DNA from: a bacterium
Lineage (GTDB): Bacteria; UBA8248
Direction of reading: 5' to 3'
Length of the DNA: 64,000 nucleotides
Assembly: GCA_965199855.1 (NCBI GenBank)
Contig: OZ241326.1
Coordinates: 1,824,001-1,888,000 of the forward strand
Shown here one piece after another: positions 39,070 to 47,803 of the stretch. Numbering within the stretch: position 1 is the stretch's first letter; each line of letters opens with the position of its first letter. The position numbers and the translations under genes are program-made. The notes below the pieces were generated by a model, which saw only the letters and a list, made by a program, of their open reading frames with translations, ran no database searches and was not told where the DNA came from.

Positions 39070-39675
39070 ATGTTCTCTATGATTCGGAAAACACTTGTTC
39101 TGGGAAAATCGACCGCGGCGCTCTGCGCGCTGTTTCTTCTGGCGGGGCCGGCGCTCCCCGCCCACGGCGCGCAGGGAGGAATTCGCGTGGAAGACATTGT
39201 CGTCGTCGAGAAAAACGGGGAGTTGCTCGTTTTTGGTTCGTTCCGGGGGGCGTTTTCCCAGAAACTTCTGGAAGCCATCCACAGCGGCGTGCCGGCCAGG
39301 TTCATCTTCGACGTGAGCCTGCTGCGCTCCCGCAGGCTCATTCGCGACGCGGCGGTCTTCTCGCGGCAGCTGCATTATCAGGTAACATACAGCGCCTTGA
39401 AGAAAACCTATACTTTCCTTCTGGGCGAGGGGGCGAAAAGCATCGAGAAGAAGGTGACGAAGAGCAGGGATGAAATGATTGACTGGATGCGCGAGCTGAA
39501 CGGCGCGCCCATCGCTTCCGGCAAGGCGCTGGCCCCGAGCGAGCGGTATTACGTCGGAATCAGGGCGCGGCTGGGTTCCGTCGAGCTGGTATTCCCCTTT
39601 AATTACCTGCTCGATTTCCTGACGAAAAAATCCGACTGGAGCTATTCGCCTCCCTTCGGCGTGAAAGGAATGTGA
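39070..39675 (+). CDS. DUF4390-like exported protein
   Basis: Signal peptide (..PAHGA), EAIHSGVP..F.F, Y..L...Y, L.P..RYY, LVFPF; occupies the usual slot upstream of ntrY. Confidence 0.7.
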   Translation: MFSMIRKTLVLGKSTAALCALFLLAGPALPAHGAQGGIRVEDIVVVEKNGELLVFGSFRGAFSQKLLEAIHSGVPARFIFDVSLLRSRRLIRDAAVFSRQLHYQVTYSALKKTYTFLLGEGAKSIEKKVTKSRDEMIDWMRELNGAPIASGKALAPSERYYVGIRARLGSVELVFPFNYLLDFLTKKSDWSYSPPFGVKGM

Positions 39676-41942
39676 ACTTGGACGCGGCGCGCCCCGGCTA
39701 TGGGAAATCCGCTTCGAGGCGGCGAAAGACCGTTCTGCGCTCTTTCATCGGGCTGATTTGCGCCGCCGCGCTTTCCCTCACGGCCTGGATTTCCTTCAAG
39801 GAGGTCGAGCCGGGAATTCCTCTCCTGAACAACATCGTCGTATTCGCGCTCGTGAACCTGAGCGTCATTCTGCTCCTGGTGGTCGTTCTCCTCGTGGCGA
39901 AGAACCTGATGCGCCTGTATTACGAGAGAAACCTGGCCGCCGGCGGTTCGCGCCTTCAGCTGAGGCTCGTGGCGGCTTTCGTCGGATTCGCGCTCATTCC
40001 GATCGCGGCTCTTTTCGTGGTGGCGAGCGGCCTGATCAACCAGAGCTTCAACGCCTTGTTCAGCGTGAAGGTGGAGAGGGCGCTGAAAGGGTCGTTCGAG
40101 GTGGCCCAAACGTATTACCGCGAACTGGAGAAAGACGCGCTCTCCAACGCGAACCGGCTCGCGCTCATGCTGGCGAATGCGCGCCCCGAAGCGAGAGAGA
40201 ACCCCGGGACGATCGGGAAAATGCTGGAGGCGGAGAGAAGGAATCTGGGGGCCGACCTCATCCAGCTCTACGACCGGGAGCGGAGGGAAATCGCATCGGC
40301 GAGGCGTCCGGCGCTGGCGAAGGCCGCGGCGTTTTCGCCCCTGGTGGGATACATGGATCAGGTGATCGACGGAGCCTCGCTGTCGAGCGTGGAGAACTGG
40401 GAAAAGGGCGACGCCATCCACGGCGTGGCTCCCCTGAAGATTGAAAAGAAGGTGGCGGGGTTCGTCGTCGTATCCAAATACCTGTCCGACCGGCTCGTCG
40501 ACGAGGTAAAGGCCATATCGGATTCCTTCGTGGACTATAAGGCCATGGAGCTCTCCAGGACGCCGCTCAAGGCGAGCTACATCATCACGTTTCTGGTGTT
40601 CGCGCTGCTCATCTTGTTCGCCGCGATATGGCTTGGCCTCTACCTCGCTCGCGGAATCACGGTTCCCATCGAAAAACTGGCGGAAGGCACCCGGGCGGTG
40701 TCGGCCGGCGATCTCGATCACCGCGTGGACGCGCGGGCGGACGGCGAGGTGGGCATTCTGGTCGAAGCGTTCAACGACATGACGGCGGAATTGTCGACCA
40801 ACAGGGAGAAAATCGAAGAATCCGCCGAAACCCTGCGCCGCTCCAGCGTGGAGATCGACCAGAGGCGCAGATACATGGAGGCGATGCTCGAGAACATCGG
40901 CGCCGGCGTGATATCGATCGACCGGCGAGGGCGGGTCGCCATCTTCAACAAGGCGGCCGGAGACATTCTGGACATCAGGCCGGAAAACGCGCTTGGGCGA
41001 TCGTTCGGCGATGTTTTCGAGAGAGGCCATCTCGATCCCGTTCGCAAGCTGATGCGCTCCATGAGAAGCCGCGAGCGTGAAAGCGCCTCGGCGCAGGTGG
41101 AGGTGCTGGTTCGCGACCGTCTGCTGACGCTGCGCGCCAGCCTGACGCTGCTCCGGAGCGCGGACGCCGGCAGGCTCGGCGCCGTCATCGCGTTCGACGA
41201 CATGACGGTGCTGATGCGCGCCCAGAAGGCGGCGGCGTGGCAGGAGGCGGCGCGGGGCATCGCGCACGAGATCAAGAATCCCCTGACGCCGATTCAGCTC
41301 TCCGCGCAGAGAATGCGAAGGAAATTTGAAAGCGGCGCCTGCGATTTTCCCGACGTGTTCGAAGCCTGCACCGACACCATCGTCAGCCAGGTGCAGGGCC
41401 TGGAGGAAATGGTGAACGAGTTCAGCCGCTTCGCGCGGATGCCGGAGCCGAGGCTGAGGCTTTGCGAGTTCGAGCCTCTCATCGAGGAAGTTGCGAATCT
41501 GTATCGCGGCGGGAGGGAAAGCGCGCAACTTTCCGTTCAGCTTCCCGCCGAGAGCGCGACCATCCTGGCGGACCCGGAGCAGCTGCGGCGCGTGTTCATC
41601 AATTTGCTGGAAAACGCCTTCGAGGCGCAGGAGAGCGAGGGCAAGATAGACCTTCGGGCGTGGATCGATCAGGAGAGGAACGTGGCGGTCGTTGAAGTCG
41701 CCGACCAGGGCGCGGGCGTATCCGAAGGCGTGAAGGACCATATATTCTCGCCCTATTTTTCCACGAAAAACAGGGGGTCCGGCCTGGGTCTGGCCATTTC
41801 CCACCGCGTCGTGTCCGATCATCACGGAACCCTGGGCCTTCGGGACAACCACCCGAGGGGTTCCGTTTTCCGGGTGACGCTGCCGCTGTCGCCCGCCGCG
41901 GACGCCGCGCCCGAGAGGCGAAGGACGGCCGCCATTGGATAA
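39672..41942 (+). CDS. ntrY: NtrY-type sensor histidine kinase (TM, periplasmic, HAMP, PAS, HisKA, HATPase)
   Basis: Three N-terminal TMs, HAMP (PIEKL..GT..V..GDL, EVG.L..AFN.M), PAS, AWQEAARGIAHEIKNPLTPIQLSAQR, INLLENA, DQGAG, PYFSTK, GSGLGL. Confidence 0.9.
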   Translation: MNLDAARPGYGKSASRRRKTVLRSFIGLICAAALSLTAWISFKEVEPGIPLLNNIVVFALVNLSVILLLVVVLLVAKNLMRLYYERNLAAGGSRLQLRLVAAFVGFALIPIAALFVVASGLINQSFNALFSVKVERALKGSFEVAQTYYRELEKDALSNANRLALMLANARPEARENPGTIGKMLEAERRNLGADLIQLYDRERREIASARRPALAKAAAFSPLVGYMDQVIDGASLSSVENWEKGDAIHGVAPLKIEKKVAGFVVVSKYLSDRLVDEVKAISDSFVDYKAMELSRTPLKASYIITFLVFALLILFAAIWLGLYLARGITVPIEKLAEGTRAVSAGDLDHRVDARADGEVGILVEAFNDMTAELSTNREKIEESAETLRRSSVEIDQRRRYMEAMLENIGAGVISIDRRGRVAIFNKAAGDILDIRPENALGRSFGDVFERGHLDPVRKLMRSMRSRERESASAQVEVLVRDRLLTLRASLTLLRSADAGRLGAVIAFDDMTVLMRAQKAAAWQEAARGIAHEIKNPLTPIQLSAQRMRRKFESGACDFPDVFEACTDTIVSQVQGLEEMVNEFSRFARMPEPRLRLCEFEPLIEEVANLYRGGRESAQLSVQLPAESATILADPEQLRRVFINLLENAFEAQESEGKIDLRAWIDQERNVAVVEVADQGAGVSEGVKDHIFSPYFSTKNRGSGLGLAISHRVVSDHHGTLGLRDNHPRGSVFRVTLPLSPAADAAPERRRTAAIG

Positions 41943-44070
41943 GGGATGCGTCCTCATCGTCGATGACGAGCGTGAGATACTCGCGAGCCTGGAAGGCGTC
42001 CTGGGCGACGAGGGCTATCGCGTGGAGCGGGCCGAATCCGGCGAAATGGCGCTTCAGATGGTTCGCTCCGAAGCGCCGGACGTGGTTCTGGTGGACGTGT
42101 GGATGCCGGGAATCGACGGAATCAAGACCCTTCAGGCGGTGAAGGAGTCCAACGCGGACGTCGAGGTCGTCGTGATGTCGGGGCACGGCAGCATCGACGC
42201 CGCCGTGACCGCGACGAAGCTGGGCGCCTTCCACTTCATCGAAAAGCCCCTTTCCATCGACTCGGTCCTGAACGTGGTCGATTCCGCCGTTCAGACGAGA
42301 AGAGCGAAGGAATTCAGGGCGAATGATATCGTTGACGCGATGCTCGACGGCGCCGGCAGGAAGATTCAGGGGATCAGGAAAGCCGTCAGGAGAGCGGCGA
42401 AAGGCTCCGGCGCCCTGGTGATCTCGGGCGAAAAGGGAACCGGCAAGCGCGTCGTCGCCAAGGCGATTCACATGAGCGGCGCCGCGAAAAAAGAAGAGTT
42501 CAGACCCGTTCATTGCGGCTCTTTGCCGCCGGCTTCGGAGAAGGGGGAATGGGAAAAAGAACTGGAGCGCCTGCTTCCCGCCGCTTTTCGGGGGACGGCG
42601 TATCTGGATGGCCTGGAGCAGCTGCCCGCCAGGGAGCGGGAGAGACTCATCAGGCGCGTCCTGGCGCGCGCGAACGATTCGCTGCGCCTGATAGCGTCCT
42701 TTGACCACGTGGGCATCCCGAAAGACAGGAGCGCCGCGCAGAGACTGGCTGAAAAAACAGGCGCCGACCTGATATATCTGCCTCCCCTGCGCGAGCGCAG
42801 GGAGGACATTTCGCTGCTGGCCGAGAAATTTCTGGACGAGCGCGCCGAGGAGGCCGGAGACGAGAAGGAGTTTTCCGAAGAGGTCATGGCGATTCTCGAG
42901 GAATACGACTGGCCCGGCAACGTCGCCGAACTGAAGGGGACGGTGACCAGCGCGGCGCGCTCCTCGCCCGGGGTGGAGATTCGCATTGATCACCTGCCCT
43001 CCTCGATGCGCGAAGTTCCGCATCCCGAAGCGGAGGCGTCGGAGAGCGGAGCCGCCTCCCGCTTCCATATCGAGAGAACCCGGTGGGAGCGGCAGTATCT
43101 CTCCTTCCATCTGGAGCGGTGGGGCTGGGACGTCAAAAAGACGGCGCGCGCGGTGGGCGTGTCCGAGGCCGCCCTGAAGCGAAAAATAAAGGCATACGGG
43201 ATAAAGCGCGCGCCGCCGTCGCCGCCGGAGAATCCGGATCGGGCGAAGCAGCGAACGATATCGAAAAGCGTCGTGCTGCATGGCCGGGGGCTTCACTCCG
43301 GGCGGAAAACCGGGTTGATTCTGGAGCCCATGCCGCCGGGGAGCGGGATACGGTTCGGCGGCCTGACGAGCTCCGAGACCATGGAGGCGCGCGTCGATTT
43401 CGTGGACGGGACGAATCACGCGACGAATCTGCGCAGCGGGGCGATGACGGCGCGGACGATAGAGCATCTCATGAGCGCGCTGCACGCCTACGGGATAAGC
43501 AACCTCCTCGTCAAAATCGGCGGGGAGGTGCCCGCCCTGGATGGTTCGGCGGTGGAATTCTGCCGTTTGCTCGAAGAGGCCGGGATAGCGGCGCAAGAAG
43601 AAGGGCGCGAGGAATTGCGCGTTGACGAACCCTGCCAGGTGGGCGAGCCGGGCGCCCCGGAAGGCCATATTCGCATCGAGCCCGCGGATTCTTTCTCGAT
43701 CTCCTATCTCATCGACTACCCGGAGCCGATCGGAAAGCAATCCTATCTGTATGAGCATGAAAGCGCGCCGGGCTTTCGGGAGGAAATCGCGCCCGCCCGC
43801 ACCTTCGGCTTCGCCTCGGAGCTGGGGGAGCTCGAGAAGATGGGGCTGGCCGAAGGCGGCCGCTGGGACAACGTGATTCTCGTGGACAAGGGGCGCATCC
43901 TGAACACCCCCCTGCGCTTTTCCGACGAGTTCGTCCGCCACAAGATTCTCGACGTGATGGGCGACCTGTATTTGACGGGCCGTCCGATTCGGGGAAAGGT
44001 GACCGCCGAGAGAAGCGGGCATCGGCACAACGTCGCCCTGGTCAGGAAATTGCTGGAGGCCCGGAGCTGA
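41935..44070 (+). CDS. lpxC: Fusion: NtrX-like response regulator (REC, degenerate AAA+, Fis HTH) plus LpxC deacetylase
   Basis: REC D10/D11, D54 (DVWMP), S82, K104; GEKGTGK, LPPLRER, WPGNV; HTH about aa 385-424; LpxC from aa 438: QRT, GLHSG, TIEHLMSAL, EVPALDGSA, ARTFGF, RHKILDVMGDL, SGH. Confidence 0.93.
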   Translation: MDKGCVLIVDDEREILASLEGVLGDEGYRVERAESGEMALQMVRSEAPDVVLVDVWMPGIDGIKTLQAVKESNADVEVVVMSGHGSIDAAVTATKLGAFHFIEKPLSIDSVLNVVDSAVQTRRAKEFRANDIVDAMLDGAGRKIQGIRKAVRRAAKGSGALVISGEKGTGKRVVAKAIHMSGAAKKEEFRPVHCGSLPPASEKGEWEKELERLLPAAFRGTAYLDGLEQLPARERERLIRRVLARANDSLRLIASFDHVGIPKDRSAAQRLAEKTGADLIYLPPLRERREDISLLAEKFLDERAEEAGDEKEFSEEVMAILEEYDWPGNVAELKGTVTSAARSSPGVEIRIDHLPSSMREVPHPEAEASESGAASRFHIERTRWERQYLSFHLERWGWDVKKTARAVGVSEAALKRKIKAYGIKRAPPSPPENPDRAKQRTISKSVVLHGRGLHSGRKTGLILEPMPPGSGIRFGGLTSSETMEARVDFVDGTNHATNLRSGAMTARTIEHLMSALHAYGISNLLVKIGGEVPALDGSAVEFCRLLEEAGIAAQEEGREELRVDEPCQVGEPGAPEGHIRIEPADSFSISYLIDYPEPIGKQSYLYEHESAPGFREEIAPARTFGFASELGELEKMGLAEGGRWDNVILVDKGRILNTPLRFSDEFVRHKILDVMGDLYLTGRPIRGKVTAERSGHRHNVALVRKLLEARS

Positions 44071-44121
44071 TTTCGGCTTCGCCCCGCGCGCCGCCTCCGT
44101 CCCCCTCGCTGAGCGTCTTCC

Positions 44122-45174
44122 TTGAGCAATCATCCTCTGACATACCGCGGCGCGGGCGTGGACGTGGAGGCGGGCGAGCGCTTCGTTCGCTCCATCGCGC
44201 GCGCGGTGAAGTCCACGCACGAGAGCCAGGGCGGGCGCGTCCTGAAGGGGACGGCGGACTTCGCCGGTCTGTTCCGCCTGGGCGGCGGCTATGAGGACCC
44301 CGTTCTCGTTTCAGGGACGGACGGCGTCGGCACGAAACTGCTCCTGGCCCAGCAGCTGAACCGCCATGACTCCGTCGGGGTCGATCTGGTGGCCATGTGC
44401 GTCAACGACATTCTGACCGCGGGAGCGGAGCCTCTTTTCTTCCTGGACTACGTTGCGGCGGGCCGGATGGAGCAGGGGGCGTTGGCGGACGTCGTATCCG
44501 GCGTCGCCCGGGGATGCCGCGAGGCCGGCTGCGCCCTCATCGGCGGCGAGACGGCGGAGATGCCCGATCTGTATGGTCCCGGCGCGTATGATCTCGCCGG
44601 GTTCTCGGTGGGCGTGGTCGAGCGAAGAAGCCTGGAAGGCGCGGCGCGCGCGGAGGCTGGCGACGCGATTCTCGGCCTTCCCTCGTCCGGCGCCCACAGC
44701 AACGGATATTCCCTGCTGCGCAGGATATTGGACTCGAAGGCGAAGCGGGACGCCGCGTCCCGAAGACTCGGCGCCCCCGTCGAGGACGTCCTCCTGGAGC
44801 CTACGCGCATTTACGCCAGGGGCGCCGGCGCCGTTCGGGGAGACGGGGCGGTTTGCGGCGCCGCGCACGTCACGGGGGGAGGGCTTCCGGGAAACGTGAG
44901 CCGTCTGATTCCGGATGGCCTGCAAGCCAGGCTGCGTCCCGACCGCTGGCCCCTGCCGCGCGTATTTTCGCTGGCGCAGGAGCTCGGCCCGGTCGAGAGC
45001 GCGGAGATGTATCGCACGTTCAACATGGGGCTGGGCTTCGTCTTTCTCGTGAAGGCGGGGCGGACGGAATTCCTCCTCAAGCGTTTGAAAAACGCGGGCG
45101 AAGAGGCCATGGTTGTCGGCGAGGTCGTGAAAAGACCCAAGGGCGGCCGCTCCGTCGTCATCGAGGGCGCATAG
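44122..45174 (+). CDS. purM: AIR synthetase
   Basis: YRGAGVD, GTDGVGTK, DLVAMCVND, GGETAEMP, SSGAHSNGYS, HVTGGG, EMYRTFNMG. Confidence 0.97.
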   Translation: MSNHPLTYRGAGVDVEAGERFVRSIARAVKSTHESQGGRVLKGTADFAGLFRLGGGYEDPVLVSGTDGVGTKLLLAQQLNRHDSVGVDLVAMCVNDILTAGAEPLFFLDYVAAGRMEQGALADVVSGVARGCREAGCALIGGETAEMPDLYGPGAYDLAGFSVGVVERRSLEGAARAEAGDAILGLPSSGAHSNGYSLLRRILDSKAKRDAASRRLGAPVEDVLLEPTRIYARGAGAVRGDGAVCGAAHVTGGGLPGNVSRLIPDGLQARLRPDRWPLPRVFSLAQELGPVESAEMYRTFNMGLGFVFLVKAGRTEFLLKRLKNAGEEAMVVGEVVKRPKGGRSVVIEGA

Positions 45175-45175
45175 C

Positions 45176-45847
45176 GTGTCTCCCCGGAAGCGGCTGCGAG
45201 CGTGCGTTCTGGCCTCGGGACGCGGGTCGAACCTCCAGGCGCTCATCGACGCGGGTCGGGACGCGGATTTTCCGGCGGAAGTCGCGCTGGTGCTGAGCGA
45301 CCGGAAAGGGGCGGGCGCGCTCAAGCGCGCGGCGGAGGCGGGCATACCGCATCGATATCTCAGTCCCGGGGATGGCTTCTATTCAAAAATGGGCGATGAA
45401 ATCGAGGAGCGCGGAATCGGGCTCATCTGCTGCGCCGGCTTCATGCGGATTCTGCCTCCCTGGTTCGTGGAGCGGTTCTCGGGCAGAATCATCAACATTC
45501 ATCCCTCGCTTCTGCCCAGTTTTCCCGGCCTCCGCGCGCAGCGGCAGGCTTTGGAGGCGGGCGCGCGGGTGGCGGGCTGCACGGTGCATTTCGTGGACGA
45601 GGGAGTGGACACGGGGCCGATTATCCTCCAGGCCGCCGTGCCGGCGCATCCCCGGGACAGCGAAGAAACCCTTTCGGAGAGAATTCTCGCCTATGAGCAC
45701 CGGATATACCCGCTGGCGGTGCGGCTCATCGCCGAGGGGCGCGTTCGCTGCGCGGGCGGGGGCGTGGAATACGCGGAGGGCGCGCTCCCGGAGGAGGGCG
45801 GCTTCATCTCGCCCGCTTCGGAATCGACCTTCTCGAAGGGTGGATGA
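45176..45847 (+). CDS. purN: GAR transformylase
   Basis: SGRGSNLQAL, AGFMRIL, NIHPSLLP, GCTVHFV..GVDTGPI, EH. Confidence 0.97.
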   Translation: MSPRKRLRACVLASGRGSNLQALIDAGRDADFPAEVALVLSDRKGAGALKRAAEAGIPHRYLSPGDGFYSKMGDEIEERGIGLICCAGFMRILPPWFVERFSGRIINIHPSLLPSFPGLRAQRQALEAGARVAGCTVHFVDEGVDTGPIILQAAVPAHPRDSEETLSERILAYEHRIYPLAVRLIAEGRVRCAGGGVEYAEGALPEEGGFISPASESTFSKGG

Positions 45848-45848
45848 G

Positions 45849-46580
45849 GTGGCGCGCAAACCGGTTTTGTGGGCGCTTTTGTTCGGGCTTCTCGCCCCGG
45901 CGCTTCCCTGCGCGCTCGCCCCCTCCGCGCGGGCGGAGGAGGAATCGCGCCCGAACGCGGAGAAGGTAATCGCGTCCCTTCAGAAAAAATACGAGGCCAT
46001 CGAGTCTCTGCGCGCTTCCTTCGAGCAGAAAAACGAACTGAAAACCCTCGGCCGGACCACGCTGTCGAGCGGGCGCCTCCTGCTGCGCAAGCCGGGCAGG
46101 CTGCGCGTGGAGTATCGCAAGCCCGAAAAGCAGATTCTCGTCTCGGACGGCGAGACGCTCTGGCTCTACACGGCGCGCTTCGGGCAGGTGATGGTCTCAA
46201 AGCCCGGACGCGCCGGCCTGGGCGGCGCGCCTCTGCTGTTTCTGGCGGGCAAGGGGGATTTAAGGAAGAATTTCGACGTCTTCGTCGAGGAAATCGGAAT
46301 CGCCGAGCGAAGCGGGGGCGTCTGGAAAGCCGGCCACCCCCATCGCATCCGCCTGGAGCCGAAAGCCGCGGGCGCCTCATTCCGGCGGATGTGGATAGAG
46401 GTGGAGCCCGAGAATTTCAAAATCCTCGCGTTGTCGTATATTGACGGCGTCGGCAACAGGAGCAGCCTGCGGTTTTCAAACGTGAGGGAAGACGTCAAAA
46501 TCGAGGATGGGGAGTTTCACTTCGCCGCGCCGCCGGGCGCCGAGATCGTTCAAATGCCGGCCCGGGGCGGCCTCCGATAA
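45849..46580 (+). CDS. lolA: Outer-membrane lipoprotein carrier LolA family
   Basis: Signal peptide (ARA), A.FEQ, G.L.L.KPG.LR.EY..P..Q..VSDG.TLWLY, F.F..P.G; start GTG 45849. Confidence 0.88.
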   Translation: MARKPVLWALLFGLLAPALPCALAPSARAEEESRPNAEKVIASLQKKYEAIESLRASFEQKNELKTLGRTTLSSGRLLLRKPGRLRVEYRKPEKQILVSDGETLWLYTARFGQVMVSKPGRAGLGGAPLLFLAGKGDLRKNFDVFVEEIGIAERSGGVWKAGHPHRIRLEPKAAGASFRRMWIEVEPENFKILALSYIDGVGNRSSLRFSNVREDVKIEDGEFHFAAPPGAEIVQMPARGGLR

Positions 46581-46598
46581 ACAGGGACGCATGCAGGA

Positions 46599-47801
46599 AT
46601 GCTGACGCAGGCGATTGACTGGGCGATGGGCTTCGGACAGACGATTTTCTGGGCAGTGCTCGTCCTGGGACTGCTCATTTTTATCCACGAGCTGGGGCAC
46701 CACCTCGTCGCCAAATGGCTCAAAATCGGCGTCTCGACCTTCTCGCTGGGCTTCGGGCGCCGCATCTGGGGCTTTCAAAGGGGAGAGACGGAATATCGCG
46801 TATCGCTCATCCCCCTGGGCGGCTACGTAAAGCTCGTGGGCGAGGACCCGGAGGCGCTTCCCGAAGGCGCCGACGCGACCGGGAAGCCGGATGAGCGGGA
46901 AAAATCCTTTTACCTGCGTCCGGTGAGCCATCGGCTGGCGGTCATTTCGGCGGGGCCCCTGTTCAACGTCGCCCTGGCGATACTCCTGAGCTGGGGGCTG
47001 CACCTGGCCGGCATTCCCGTGCCGGGCACCTGGGTGGGGGCCGTTCTGCCCGATACGCCGGCGCAAAGGGCCGGCCTGAAAACGGGCGACCGCATCGTGG
47101 CCATCGATGGAAGGCCGGTGCGGAAATGGACCGAGCTCGTCGCGATTGTGCAAAAAAGCGCAGGCAGGCAGCTGGCGCTGACGGTGGAGCGCGATCGCCG
47201 CTCCTTTGAGACGGCCATCACGCCCACGTCCAAGAGCGCGGCCGGCAAGGAGCTGGGGCGCGGCCGAATCGGCATCAGCATCGGGCCGGGCGCCTACACG
47301 GAGCGGTTCGGGCTTCTCGAATCCCTGGGGAAGGGCGTCGAGCAGAACTACCGCATCGTGAGCCTTACGGTCATGACGCTGTATTCGATGCTCACGAAGA
47401 CGATTCCGGCGGACATCGGCGGGCCGATTCGCATCTCCGTGGTGGCCGCCGAGCAGGCCCAGCGCGGACTCCGCTATCTCGTCATGTTCACGATTCTGCT
47501 CAGCGTGAACCTGGCCATTCTGAACCTGCTGCCCATTCCGGTTCTCGACGGCGGCCACATTCTCTTTCTGCTCATCGAGGCTTTGCGGGGAAAGCCCGTC
47601 AGCCTGCGGATTCGGGAGAAGGCGATGCAGGTGGGCACCGTCCTGCTCATCGGCTTGATGATCTTTGCCACCTACAAGGACAGCGTGTATTATCTCTTCA
47701 GGGGCGAGGCGCCCTCCGCCGAGAGGCGGACGCCGGGGCGCGAGAGCGGGAAAGCGAAGGACGCCCCCCTCGAAAAGGGAAAAGACGGGCGAGGTCCCTG
47801 A
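46599..47801 (+). CDS. rseP: Site-2 intramembrane metalloprotease RseP
   Basis: HELGH, IPLGGYV, AGPLFN, one PDZ, NLLPIPVLDGGH. Confidence 0.96.
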   Translation: MLTQAIDWAMGFGQTIFWAVLVLGLLIFIHELGHHLVAKWLKIGVSTFSLGFGRRIWGFQRGETEYRVSLIPLGGYVKLVGEDPEALPEGADATGKPDEREKSFYLRPVSHRLAVISAGPLFNVALAILLSWGLHLAGIPVPGTWVGAVLPDTPAQRAGLKTGDRIVAIDGRPVRKWTELVAIVQKSAGRQLALTVERDRRSFETAITPTSKSAAGKELGRGRIGISIGPGAYTERFGLLESLGKGVEQNYRIVSLTVMTLYSMLTKTIPADIGGPIRISVVAAEQAQRGLRYLVMFTILLSVNLAILNLLPIPVLDGGHILFLLIEALRGKPVSLRIREKAMQVGTVLLIGLMIFATYKDSVYYLFRGEAPSAERRTPGRESGKAKDAPLEKGKDGRGP

Positions 47802-47803
47802 CG

